Shown: in pieces, positions 9,544-18,188 of the stretch
How the letters are laid out: the number at the start of each line of letters is the position of its first letter
How positions within the stretch are numbered: the first letter of the stretch is position 1
IMG/VR virus record: IMGVR_UViG_3300046457_000118
Location: 1 to 64,000 of that record
DNA: 64,000 nt
Direction: 5' to 3' (one strand)
From: a virus
The notes under the pieces: generated by a model
What the model was told of the DNA's origin: nothing
The model's input: only the letters and a program-made list of their open reading frames with translations
Databases searched by the model: none
Position numbers and translations under genes: made by a program

Positions 9544-11157
9544 TTACACGATATATGACGAGAGTGAACTGGCTATCGGTTCATCAGTGTCCAAGGACCA
9601 GTAGCCTTCTTCCTTCTCGGTTACCAGTGTCTCTTCGGATGGCTTCCAGGCGTTCATCAGGGACAGCATCGAGATGGTGTCGATGAAATCGTCATGCTTG
9701 GAGCGGAAACCAGAGACTGAAGCCAAGGACAACTCATTGACCGCTTCCGCAATTGTCTCATGGGTCTTCATTTCCAGAGGGAAAAAGATCATGCCAGACT
9801 TAAACCATGGCACCACGATGTTGAAGCGCACCAGTTTCTGCGTATTTGGCCGCAAACCCGGACGGTTGCTGTTGTTGTGGCTGGCCAGTGGGAAGTGGAT
9901 GTTCTTGTCCAGCATCTGTTCCTGCAAGAGTTGGACGAATCCCTCCTGTTGACCGGTCACTTCGATGCCGACCCCCTGTGGTTTGTACACTTGAGCCAGT
10001 CGGAACAACTCTCTCAGGTTCAATGCCATGTCCTGACGCTTGCATATCCCATCCACCCAGAACCATTGGCCGATGTTGTTGTATGCCCAGACACTGATCA
10101 CACTGAAGTCAGCACTCTGCTTCACTGAAGTGGCGAAGTCCGTCGTGATATAGAAGTTGAACCGGCCCTTATTGTTCACCACCTGCTCACGCTTGTACCA
10201 GCGCAGGTCACCATCCACGATCAACCGGTCTTCTTCCGACATGATGCGCAGCATAAGCTCTTGGTTGAAGGTCTCAACCTTGCCTAACTTCACTGCATCC
10301 TCATACTGACGCTTCACATAGTCGAACGTAAAGCGGTCAGGCCAGCTTCCTTGGAACTCTTCACGGCTACAAGGGAACTGCTCACATACCGGGAACACGT
10401 TGACAGCCCATGCACCTGACTCCACAGCCTTGTACAACGGGTCTTTGGCATTAAACGGCGTACCTGACCAGATGATCATGTTCCGCTTCGGGTGCAGTGC
10501 ATAGTTGACCGCCTTGTACACCGTATCCTCAACCGACGCGATCACGGTCGCACTACGTGCGTCCTCATCGCTGATCAAGTCATCGAGCACGGCAAGGTCA
10601 GGTCGCTTACCCATTTCCTTGGCACCACGCACACCCGTCTTCGCACCATAGCCCTTGACCACCAAGGTCTTGCCCTCGGCGTTCTTGAACTCCCAACGGA
10701 CATCCGTAAAGCGTGCCTCCGGCACCCATTTCTTCAAGAAGTCAGAGTTCTCATACCTGAATTCCAAGTTCTTCCGCATGTTCTTGACGCCGTTCTCAAT
10801 AGAGTCAGACACATACAGTGCCAAGTCCACCTTGCCGAAGCCAGGAAGCTCACCATAGCAAGCCAAGAACAGGAACAGGTATTCCCCCATCAGGGTAGTC
10901 TTGGCAATACCCCGGTGACACAGGTTGATGATCCGCTTGCCACCCTGCGTCAGCGTATCCAGCATCTTGTAGTGCACCAGAGGCGTCAGGTTCTCTTCCC
11001 CATCCTCCCCGTTCACCAGCTTGATGAAGGTCACAAACAGCAGGGCAAACTCGGACGGCACATACCCCGGATCAACCCGGTAGTTGGTCGAGTTCAGATA
11101 CTGTTCAACTGTCCAAGGTGCAACCGTCTCAATGACCTCTTGTACGCTATGGGTCAT
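9544..11157 (-). CDS. Terminase large subunit (N4 gp68 family)
   Basis: HRGIAKTT Walker A, LAVLDD Walker B, TDFA and HDDFID nuclease residues. Confidence 0.95.
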   Translation of the reverse strand: MTHSVQEVIETVAPWTVEQYLNSTNYRVDPGYVPSEFALLFVTFIKLVNGEDGEENLTPLVHYKMLDTLTQGGKRIINLCHRGIAKTTLMGEYLFLFLACYGELPGFGKVDLALYVSDSIENGVKNMRKNLEFRYENSDFLKKWVPEARFTDVRWEFKNAEGKTLVVKGYGAKTGVRGAKEMGKRPDLAVLDDLISDEDARSATVIASVEDTVYKAVNYALHPKRNMIIWSGTPFNAKDPLYKAVESGAWAVNVFPVCEQFPCSREEFQGSWPDRFTFDYVKRQYEDAVKLGKVETFNQELMLRIMSEEDRLIVDGDLRWYKREQVVNNKGRFNFYITTDFATSVKQSADFSVISVWAYNNIGQWFWVDGICKRQDMALNLRELFRLAQVYKPQGVGIEVTGQQEGFVQLLQEQMLDKNIHFPLASHNNSNRPGLRPNTQKLVRFNIVVPWFKSGMIFFPLEMKTHETIAEAVNELSLASVSGFRSKHDDFIDTISMLSLMNAWKPSEETLVTEKEEGYWSLDTDEPIASSLSSYIV

Positions 11158-11849
11158 GGAGTCACATCTTTCATGTCTTGATCCAGCACCAACCTCTGAT
11201 GGGCCACTGACTGTGCATCGACCAAGCCAGCCTGAATCTGTCCCTGTTGTTGCTTGGCCAGATCGATCATGGCTTGCCTCAACACATTCAACGAACTGTC
11301 TTCAGGCATGTTCACCTGCAACTCCATCTTCTTGGATTCCGGTGGCTTCAGTTGCGTCAGCACACTGTTCAAGGCCGTAGCCCTCACCATCTCGCTCTTG
11401 GCTGTCTTACCCAAGATGAACTGCTCATTCAGTGCCTCCTGCCACATCGCAGCATTCAACACATGCGTCGGCACCAAGGTCTGTGCCAGTATCAGGTTCA
11501 CCAGCTTGCCCTTGTTGTACGCAGTGATGTACGAAGCAATGTCCTTCGCTGCCACACCATCAGCAACGAACTTCTGATACTTGTCAGGGAAGGTCTTGAT
11601 GTAGGCGTCCTTGTCCGAGTGCCCCATCACCTTGAAGCCAACGTAACGAACCGCGTCCAAGTACTGGGGAATCTGGAACTTCCCTTCCTGTAGTACATGG
11701 GTGTAGCTGATCAGGTTCTCTTTGTACAACTCCATTTCCTCTGGCGAGGAAAGGGTCTGGTTGATCTGGTCAATCAAGGACTGATTGACATGCTTCTTCA
11801 TCTTGTCAGGTAGGACAAGCTTGAACTGATCTTCGGTGAGGATGGACAT
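11154..11849 (-). CDS. N4 gp69-like protein (candidate small terminase)
   Basis: 231 aa directly upstream of TerL; YLDAVRYV, AYIKTFPDKY, YNKGKLV. Confidence 0.7.
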   Translation of the reverse strand: MSILTEDQFKLVLPDKMKKHVNQSLIDQINQTLSSPEEMELYKENLISYTHVLQEGKFQIPQYLDAVRYVGFKVMGHSDKDAYIKTFPDKYQKFVADGVAAKDIASYITAYNKGKLVNLILAQTLVPTHVLNAAMWQEALNEQFILGKTAKSEMVRATALNSVLTQLKPPESKKMELQVNMPEDSSLNVLRQAMIDLAKQQQGQIQAGLVDAQSVAHQRLVLDQDMKDVTP

Positions 11850-12110
11850 GGTTACCTTATCGGCTGTTTATAGTCGGCAAGGTTACCACAAGGAAATCAG
11901 GAAGGAAATGCTACTGGGAAATTATTATATTTTTTGCAAGAAAAGTCTGGGATATTTTTGCTATTTGCCTACGGTTGTAGTGCACAAAATTTAGGCAGAA
12001 GATTTTGGGAAAATTTCATTTTTGCCTACGATGGTAGTACTTACAGCAGCGAACTCAAAATCTAAAACACCCCCCCCCCCATTAAGGTTTTAGGCTCTCC
12101 TGTGCTGTGT
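11850..12110. repeat. AT-rich non-coding region at the probable genome terminus, with imperfect direct repeats and a C11 tract
   Basis: Strand switch between late and early genes; TTTGCCTACG occurs twice, TGGGA...TTTTTGC three times; poly-C at 12070-12080. Confidence 0.6.
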
Positions 12111-12121
12111 GGTATGCATGC

Positions 12122-12136
12122 GTACGCTGCGCGTGT
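12122..12136 (+). promoter_or_regulatory. Virion-RNAP-type hairpin promoter
   Basis: ACGC-TGC-GCGT; template strand has a C-GCA-G triloop as in N4 GNA-loop promoters; precedes first early gene. Confidence 0.7.
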
Positions 12137-12189
12137 AGTACGGATGGAGTGATCATCCATCTATCAACTAACCTATAGGAGTAGTCATC

Positions 12190-12441
12190 ATGCAAGCATT
12201 CTGGTCTGCGTTCGCTCAGTTCTTTGGTATGCTCACCTCGCTGTTCAGTGCAGGTGAGAAGGCAGCACGTACGTTGGATAACATCGCAGGTGTGGGTGAG
12301 ATCAAGTCCTCCACCTATCTCAAGGAAGCAGTGCATGACCAAGAGGTAGCAGTGGATGAATTCAAGTTCGCTCGTGAGAAGCGGGTTGCTGAACTCAATG
12401 CCAAGCGTGCTGCTCTGACTGCACCTGCTGCCAACCCGTAA
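12190..12441 (+). CDS. First early protein, hypothetical
   Basis: 83 aa, RBS TAGGAG, followed by a TTCG-loop terminator. Confidence 0.8.
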   Translation: MQAFWSAFAQFFGMLTSLFSAGEKAARTLDNIAGVGEIKSSTYLKEAVHDQEVAVDEFKFAREKRVAELNAKRAALTAPAANP

Positions 12442-12445
12442 TACT

Positions 12446-12471
12446 AGAGGGGCTTCGGCCCTTCTTCTTTA
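12446..12471 (+). terminator. Terminator
   Basis: GAGGGGC-TTCG-GCCCTTC followed by TTCTTT. Confidence 0.7.
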
Positions 12472-12492
12472 TTCAACCTCAAGGAGCTAACC

Positions 12493-12672
12493 ATGAAGTT
12501 CTATCTCTATCTGGCTTTGACCACGCTGTTCATGTTGCTGGCTATCCCATCGCTGTTGTTCGGCTTCAAGCTGGCTCAGATGTATAACCTGATGGTATTG
12601 GTCCCGATTCCTGCCATGTTCTGCTGTGTTGGTATTGCATTGTTCGGCCATAAGCTGGAGCAGTGCGCATGA
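12493..12672 (+). CDS. Small two-TM early membrane protein (59 aa)
   Basis: Not in track. RBS CTCAAGGAG; MKFYLYLALTTLFMLLAIPSLLFG... Confidence 0.7.
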   Translation: MKFYLYLALTTLFMLLAIPSLLFGFKLAQMYNLMVLVPIPAMFCCVGIALFGHKLEQCA

Positions 12673-12673
12673 C

Positions 12674-12706
12674 TATCGGATACCTTCGGGTATCCATAGT
12701 TTATTC
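12674..12706 (+). terminator. Terminator
   Basis: GGATACC-TTCG-GGTATCC with T-rich tail. Confidence 0.65.
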
Positions 12707-12772
12707 ACACACTACACACATCACACACTCAGAGACAGCCAGTCATAGGCAGTCATCCAACACTGTTCATCC

Positions 12773-12788
12773 ACCATCCTGCGGAGGT
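12773..12788 (+). promoter_or_regulatory. Candidate vRNAP hairpin promoter
   Basis: ACC(A)TCC-TGC-GGAGGT, followed by hairpin ATAGGA...TCCTAT and RBS. Confidence 0.45.
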
Positions 12789-12822
12789 AGATAGGAGTTC
12801 AATCATCCTATAGGAGATAAGA

Positions 12823-12939
12823 ATGCGACTGAAGTGTCACTTCACTGCTTTCACCACCATGTTCACAATCATCGTCATCAACATTGTCACCCTGTCATAC
12901 CTCCTGATTACCGATACTCAACCGATATGCTACACATGA
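12823..12939 (+). CDS. Small hydrophobic early peptide (38 aa)
   Basis: Not in track. RBS TAGGAG; MRLKCHFTAFTTMFTIIVINIVTLSYLL... Confidence 0.5.
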   Translation: MRLKCHFTAFTTMFTIIVINIVTLSYLLITDTQPICYT

Positions 12940-12998
12940 TCAGTTGGTAAGCACTCACACTCTTAACATATCAACATCTACTTGTATTGGAGATAACT

Positions 12999-13151
12999 AT
13001 GTACTCTTGCGTGATCTATGTATGGCCTGATGGTACGTGGTGCTATGACGATGAACTTCATGAGATGACGTACATGTCAGATGACTATGTACGCATTGAA
13101 GTTGGTCCTGACCAGACTGTTGATGAAGTATTGCGTGCTACACGCTACTAA
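12999..13151 (+). CDS. Small acidic early protein (50 aa)
   Basis: Not in track. RBS GGAG; MYSCVIYVWPDGTWCYDDELHEMTYMSDDY... Confidence 0.7.
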   Translation: MYSCVIYVWPDGTWCYDDELHEMTYMSDDYVRIEVGPDQTVDEVLRATRY

Positions 13152-13166
13152 CTAAAGGAGACAACT

Positions 13167-13424
13167 ATGAACGAACTCATTCAAGCAGAATTGATGCTGG
13201 CTGATCTTGACCGCATCATCAAGGCATCACTGATCAATGACTATGCTGTCGTAGTTGCCACCAACAAACGCATCGTGATCCGCTTCACCAAGGAACATCA
13301 TGCCAACATCACGGTCCACAATCTCAAGCGTGAACACCGTATGAATGGCAACTACCATCCTCTGAACTTCCAGATCGAGAAGGGATTGCGGTCCACCTAC
13401 TACTATCTGCAAGTGCAGGTATAA
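13167..13424 (+). CDS. Hypothetical early protein
   Basis: 85 aa, RBS AAGGAG. Confidence 0.75.
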   Translation: MNELIQAELMLADLDRIIKASLINDYAVVVATNKRIVIRFTKEHHANITVHNLKREHRMNGNYHPLNFQIEKGLRSTYYYLQVQV

Positions 13425-13427
13425 CCT

Positions 13428-13619
13428 ATGGAGACACCTATGGACGACCATGACGAACATCATGAGCACACTGACATCTTCATTGCTGTCTTTAACAAGA
13501 AGGGCGTACTGAAGGCATCAGACGAACTCTGTTCCTGTAAGCTACCCTATCTGGACATGCGTGGCTTCCCTTATGGATGCTCGATCTCCATCCTTACCAT
13601 CCCGACTTCCATCCATTGA
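13428..13619 (+). CDS. Hypothetical early protein
   Basis: About 60 aa; possible alternative start at 13440 after GGAG. Confidence 0.6.
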   Translation: METPMDDHDEHHEHTDIFIAVFNKKGVLKASDELCSCKLPYLDMRGFPYGCSISILTIPTSIH

Positions 13620-13624
13620 ATGAG

Positions 13625-13639
13625 GGCCACTCCGTGGCC
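13625..13639 (+). promoter_or_regulatory. Candidate vRNAP hairpin promoter
   Basis: GGCCAC-TCC-GTGGCC (template loop GGA). Confidence 0.5.
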
Positions 13640-13666
13640 TTCTTCGCATTACCTCTCAAGGACTAT

Positions 13667-13891
13667 ATGAAGAACCTCAAGCACTTTGCACTGGCTTGCC
13701 TGTGCTATTTCACCATCATCATGTTGATGGAATGCTTCAACCTGATGAATGACAAACCTTTCATCTATGCGGACATCGAGTTCTTCTCGATTTCCTTGGT
13801 CATCATGATTCAAGGTGCATTGGGTATCTACCATGCCATCATGATGTTCCACGTACATGATGAATACTTCGACCTGAAAGAAATCGACTGA
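13667..13891 (+). CDS. Two-TM early membrane protein
   Basis: Start MKNLKHFALACL after TCAAGGAC RBS; two hydrophobic segments. Confidence 0.7.
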   Translation: MKNLKHFALACLCYFTIIMLMECFNLMNDKPFIYADIEFFSISLVIMIQGALGIYHAIMMFHVHDEYFDLKEID

Positions 13892-14088
13892 TGCAAAACA
13901 TTGACCAATCTGAAGCTGCTCACATGCCTGATGCGCAGTTGATCCACGAATGTTGGATCTTGGGTTACACGTATCAAGATTACGTGACCAACTGTGAGTT
14001 GTTGAATCGTAGTCCGATCAGTAAGGAAACTTTTCACAGCATATATCGCAACTACGAAACCATGAGCATCAGGGCCAGAATGCCATGA
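13891..14088 (+). CDS. Hypothetical early protein
   Basis: 65 aa, TGATG translational coupling. Confidence 0.6.
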   Translation: MQNIDQSEAAHMPDAQLIHECWILGYTYQDYVTNCELLNRSPISKETFHSIYRNYETMSIRARMP

Positions 14089-14113
14089 AAAGGCCGTAAC
14101 ACTGCTCTACCAT

Positions 14114-14126
14114 CACGCTGCGCGTG
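14114..14126 (+). promoter_or_regulatory. Virion-RNAP-type hairpin promoter
   Basis: CACGC-TGC-GCGTG; shares ACGCTGCGCGTGTA with the 12.1 kb copy. Confidence 0.7.
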
Positions 14127-14185
14127 TACAACGGTGCTCGAACAATCGGGCACTCTCACTTAATCCATCCTTCCCGGAGATCATC

Positions 14186-14503
14186 ATGAATCAACTGTTC
14201 CAACCGAAATTCGCCAATCCTTCCGCTCCTGCTGCTGCAACGGTTACTAAAGAAAAGTGGATGAAAGACGGCTTCCTGAACTTCGATCTGCCTGATCCGC
14301 GTTCGGCTGATGGTTTCGCCAAGTTCGGTTCCATCGGTATCGATCTGAAGAATGTCCGTCATCGCAAGCTGATCGAATGGCTGCTGGCTGATGGTGGTGC
14401 TCACTACAATGATCGCATCAAGGTCGTGCAGCAATCGTTCCGTATCACCTTCCGCACTGCCGAGAAAGACGAGTCCGTCGGCTTCGTTCTGCCGGGCATG
14501 TGA
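14186..14503 (+). CDS. Drc / N4 gp2-like ssDNA-binding activator of RNAP II
   Basis: W..DGFLNFDLP...KFGSIGI...KLIEWL resembles LUZ7 Drc; located just before RNAP II genes. Confidence 0.6.
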   Translation: MNQLFQPKFANPSAPAAATVTKEKWMKDGFLNFDLPDPRSADGFAKFGSIGIDLKNVRHRKLIEWLLADGGAHYNDRIKVVQQSFRITFRTAEKDESVGFVLPGM

Positions 14504-14513
14504 TGTGCCGATG

Positions 14514-14546
14514 CCGCTGGCCCTTCGGGGTTGGCGGTATCTTTTT
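14514..14546 (+). terminator. Terminator
   Basis: CCGCTGGCCC-TTCG-GGGTTGGCGG followed by TATCTTTTT. Confidence 0.75.
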
Positions 14547-14602
14547 GCTTGCTCTGCCCTGCGGGTGTACGCGGGTATTACCTATAACTCAAGGAGAACA
14601 AT

Positions 14603-14770
14603 ATGAACGTGCAAGAAGCCATTAAGAGTCTGGAACTCACGAAACATACTGAAGCCAAGCTGATGGTATATATACAGACTGGTCCTTATAGTTGGGAATG
14701 GAAAGAAGTGACTCACTTCGTTTCATTAGCAACATCTGAACATGGTGTGATCATTGATGTGAACTACTAG
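14603..14770 (+). CDS. Small hypothetical protein (55 aa)
   Basis: Not in track. RBS ACTCAAGGAGAAC; MNVQEAIKSLELTKH... Confidence 0.7.
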   Translation: MNVQEAIKSLELTKHTEAKLMVYIQTGPYSWEWKEVTHFVSLATSEHGVIIDVNY

Positions 14771-14779
14771 GAGAACAAC

Positions 14780-15706
14780 ATGATCATCGGTGAAATCAAC
14801 GAAGCCATTGCCTACATCAATCAGGAAGCCAACGAGAAGCGATACAACCGTAAGCATATCGATGGCTATATCCGTGACGAGATCAACGCCAGTCCCATGC
14901 TGACAGAGCGTGTGGACATTGGTGTCGCCATGTTGGAACACTGGATGTCCTTGGACTGGTATGAGTCCAAGCGCAAGCGACTGGATCAGTTGCATGGACT
15001 GGACCTGCGTGAGTTGGTCATGGACCTATTCGTGGGTCTGTCCTACTTCATCCGTGAGGAACTGTTTACCAGTGTCACGGCACAGTTGGCTGGCAAGCTC
15101 AGGTTCAGTGATAAGCCTGAAGCCATCAAGACCACAGCAGAGATCATCGCTGTGCTGTCCAAGATGGATGTGTTTGCCATCACCAAGAAGACCAAGCAGT
15201 CATCCCTGATGCTGGTCAGCTACCTGCCACTGTCACCCAAGCTGAAGGACTTCATCGACCAGAGCGAGTATCTTCCACCCATGGTGTGTGAGCCTAGGAA
15301 ACTCACCAGTAACTACAGCAGTGGCTATCTCAGCCACAATGACAGCCTGATCCTGAAGGCAGGCAACCACCACGATGGTGACATCTGCCTCGACGTGCTC
15401 AACCTGATGAACAGGGTGAAGCTGTCGTTGAACTTGGAGTTCCTCAGTACGGTCGAGGAAATGCCGAGTGAGGCACCGAATACGCAAGAGCAGTTGGATA
15501 ACTGGAACAGGTTCAAGAAGCAGTCGTATCGTTTCTATGAACTGATGGTGAGTCAGGGTAATTGCTTTTATCTGTGCCACAAAGTCGATAAAAGAGGTAG
15601 AATATACGCTAGCGGATATCATATTTCAACCATGGGATCGTCCTTCAAGAAAGCGTCCATCGAGTTGCATAAGAAGGAGTTTATTGAAGGCGTTCCCACC
15701 TCATAA
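14780..15706 (+). CDS. RNA polymerase II subunit 1 (N4 gp15-like)
   Basis: LPPMVCEP and DKRGRIY (T7-family DxRGR motif). Confidence 0.9.
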   Translation: MIIGEINEAIAYINQEANEKRYNRKHIDGYIRDEINASPMLTERVDIGVAMLEHWMSLDWYESKRKRLDQLHGLDLRELVMDLFVGLSYFIREELFTSVTAQLAGKLRFSDKPEAIKTTAEIIAVLSKMDVFAITKKTKQSSLMLVSYLPLSPKLKDFIDQSEYLPPMVCEPRKLTSNYSSGYLSHNDSLILKAGNHHDGDICLDVLNLMNRVKLSLNLEFLSTVEEMPSEAPNTQEQLDNWNRFKKQSYRFYELMVSQGNCFYLCHKVDKRGRIYASGYHISTMGSSFKKASIELHKKEFIEGVPTS

Positions 15707-15716
15707 GGAACCTTTG

Positions 15717-16376
15717 ATGGCGAAGCCAAAGAAGAATGTGGTAGGCGAAGTGTATGGGCGCTTAACCATCACAGGTGACGCACCTTACCGTACCAAAGAC
15801 CGTCGCGTGTACGTTCAGTGTGAGTGCGGTAATGCCAAGGATGTGCTCTTAGGTGATCTGCGTAGGGGCGATACCGTGTCTTGTGGTTGTTACCTTAAAG
15901 AAGTAATCATGGTACATGGTGACGCCACTACACGCCTGTACAAAATCTTCAAGGGTATGCATAACAGGTGCTGCCTACCATCCACTACTCGCTATGTCGA
16001 GTACGGTGGTAGAGGCATCCGTGTCTGCCCTGAATGGCACGATTATGAAGTGTTCCGGGCATGGGCACTAACGCATGGCTACGAAGATACCTTGAGCATT
16101 GACCGTAAGGACAATGACAAGAATTACGAGCCAGATAACTGTAGGTGGATACCGAAAGGCCATCAACAGCGCAACAAGCGTGTAATAGGTGCCTCATCCC
16201 AATACGTCGGTGTTACCAAGTGCAAACAAACCGGACGCTGGTTAGCCATGATCAAGGTCGATGGCAAACAGAAGAATCTTGGTCGCTATGACACTGAAGC
16301 GGAAGCAGCAAAAGCACGCGATAACTATATCGTGGTGAATGCATTGGAGCATTACATCATGAATAACATACTCTAA
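15717..16376 (+). mobile_element. Free-standing HNH homing endonuclease with C-terminal AP2 domain
   Basis: YGRLT, CECG, SCGC, YGGRGI, SIDRKDNDKNYEPDNCRW, then YVGV...NLGRYDTEAEAAKARD. Confidence 0.88.
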
Positions 16377-16392
16377 CTCAAGGAGAAATACC

Positions 16393-17655
16393 ATGAAAAG
16401 CTTCACAGGTTGGGAATACATGCTGATCGACGTGGCCAATAACTATGGTCATGACAAGGAACTGTTCGAGACCCGTATCGATTGGGCTAACAGGCATATG
16501 CATGAACTGGAAGCCATTGCAGGTGCTGCGGATAACTATCCTCAGTACTGCAAGGGTGTGATGGCCATCCGTGCAGCCATGCGTGGTGAAGCCATTGGCC
16601 ATACGGTGGCATTGGATGCCGTGTGTTCTGGCATTCAGATCATGTCGGCACTGACTGGTTGTATTACTGGTGCAACAGCGACTGGATTGGTGGATCCGGA
16701 TCGTAGGGCTGATGCTTATGGGCAATTGCAGGCCATGATGCAGGGTGAACTGGGTATGGCATTCACCGTATCGCGTGGTGATGCCAAGGATGCGATGATG
16801 CCCATGTTCTATGGCAGCAAGAAGAAGCCAGTGGAGATCTTCGGGGAAGGTACCGAAGAACTCAGTGCCTACTACCGTCAGGTGAAGGAACTGGCACCAG
16901 GTGCTTGGGAAGCTCTGCAAACCCTGCTTGCTTCGTGGCAATCACATGCTCTGGTGCATGAATGGAAGCTGCCTGATGGCTTCCATGCCCGTATCAAGGT
17001 CATGACCAAGGTGACGGCTGATGATAGCCGTAGCCGTATCGAGGTGGACGAGTTGGATGGTGCCACCTTCACCTATGAGTACAAGATCAATGAGGCTACC
17101 GAGCGTGGTGTCAGCAATGCAGCCAATGTAATTCACAGTATTGATGCGTGGATCATGCGTAGCATGCACCGTCGCTGTAACTATGACAAAGCCATGGTGG
17201 AAGAAGCATATGGTATGTGTCGTGGTACGCTGTCTGATCGTACTGTATTCGGTACGCAGCGGGTATGTGATGAGACTGACGACAGGATCACCTACTATAT
17301 GCAACAGTACGAGCGCAGTGGCTTGGCTGATGTGGTGATCTTGCCGTACATCGACATGTACAGTGTAGAGAGGTTGAGCAATCAGCATCTGCAAGACCTA
17401 ATCCGCATCATGGATAGCATGCTCAAGCACCCACCCTTCGAGTTGATCACGGTGCACGACGAGTTCAGGTGCTGCCCGAACTACATGAACCATGTGCGTC
17501 AACACTACATCGACATCTTTGCCGAGATCGCGGACAGTGATCTGCTGGGTGACATCCTGTCCCAGATTCATGGTTTCCATGGTCAGGTGCACAAGCTGTC
17601 TGGTCCGGGAGAGTTGTCGGCATTGATCCGGAACAGCAACTACAGCTTGTCTTGA
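16393..17655 (+). CDS. RNA polymerase II subunit 2 (N4 gp16-like)
   Basis: Motif A LDAVCSGIQ, motif B RGDAKDAMMPMFYG, AANVIHSID, motif C VHDEF. Confidence 0.93.
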   Translation: MKSFTGWEYMLIDVANNYGHDKELFETRIDWANRHMHELEAIAGAADNYPQYCKGVMAIRAAMRGEAIGHTVALDAVCSGIQIMSALTGCITGATATGLVDPDRRADAYGQLQAMMQGELGMAFTVSRGDAKDAMMPMFYGSKKKPVEIFGEGTEELSAYYRQVKELAPGAWEALQTLLASWQSHALVHEWKLPDGFHARIKVMTKVTADDSRSRIEVDELDGATFTYEYKINEATERGVSNAANVIHSIDAWIMRSMHRRCNYDKAMVEEAYGMCRGTLSDRTVFGTQRVCDETDDRITYYMQQYERSGLADVVILPYIDMYSVERLSNQHLQDLIRIMDSMLKHPPFELITVHDEFRCCPNYMNHVRQHYIDIFAEIADSDLLGDILSQIHGFHGQVHKLSGPGELSALIRNSNYSLS

Positions 17656-17662
17656 TAGCAAA

Positions 17663-17698
17663 ATGGTATTACCCTTCGGGGTAATACCACTTCTTTTT
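17663..17698 (+). terminator. Terminator
   Basis: TGGTATTACCC-TTCG-GGGTAATACCA followed by CTTCTTTTT. Confidence 0.85.
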
Positions 17699-17713
17699 CC
17701 CAAGGAAACCATC

Positions 17714-18034
17714 ATGAACCAAGCACAGATCGATGCATTGGTCCGTCAGCATTTGCCTGATTGGGCCATCAAACGGGCCAATGGACTGGAACTGGGTGCC
17801 CAGTTGCCTACCCGAGATGGCCGCAAGACCGGGAATGCCCACATCGTGGACATCAAGCCAGCCGAACGAGGCCGTATGGGCTTGAGCTACCTGATCCTGA
17901 CAGATGCCGGGAACAGCTTCATCATGAGTGAGCCGGAGGTACTGGCCCAGTACTATCCACCCGAGTTCGTGGGTGATGTGCAGGCCATCATTGGCAAGTT
18001 CTGGCGTCACTCTGAACCATTACTGGTAGCGTAA
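17714..18034 (+). CDS. Hypothetical protein
   Basis: Start MNQAQID after CAAGGA; GAQLPTRDGRKTGNA motif. Confidence 0.75.
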   Translation: MNQAQIDALVRQHLPDWAIKRANGLELGAQLPTRDGRKTGNAHIVDIKPAERGRMGLSYLILTDAGNSFIMSEPEVLAQYYPPEFVGDVQAIIGKFWRHSEPLLVA

Positions 18035-18040
18035 GACAGG

Positions 18041-18055
18041 GCACGCTCCGCGTGC
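18041..18055 (+). promoter_or_regulatory. Virion-RNAP-type hairpin promoter
   Basis: GCACGC-TCC-GCGTGC; template GGA triloop as in N4 P2. Confidence 0.7.
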
Positions 18056-18057
18056 TG

Positions 18058-18141
18058 GCGTGAGAACGTTCTGTCGTTCTCCTTGAGTGGAATCCTTGAT
18101 TCCTTTGGGAGTGGTCCTTGACTGGTCCACTCTCTTTTTTT
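18058..18141 (+). ncRNA. Candidate small RNA with three UCCUUGA anti-RBS motifs
   Basis: Promoter hairpin, three stem-loops and a T7 tail; TCCTTGA at 18080, 18093 and 18115. Confidence 0.55.
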
Positions 18142-18188
18142 ATCCCTCGACTGTTGGCCTGACTAAGACAGTCATTAAGGAACTGTCC

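Noticed and set aside
11900-12045. CRISPR mini-array
   Set aside because: Repeats are short, degenerate and unevenly spaced; no cas operon (the Cas4-like nuclease is a core N4-like gene)
15707-16392. Group I intron joining the two RNAP II halves
   Set aside because: Flanks are only 10-16 nt, leaving no room for a ribozyme core; both subunits have their own RBS and stop, and the split is normal for N4-like phages
18058-18141. Minus-strand CsrA/RsmA-sponge RNA (AAGGA repeats)
   Set aside because: Promoter orientation, G-U pairing and the T-tract all favour a + strand RNA; kept only as a fallback hypothesis
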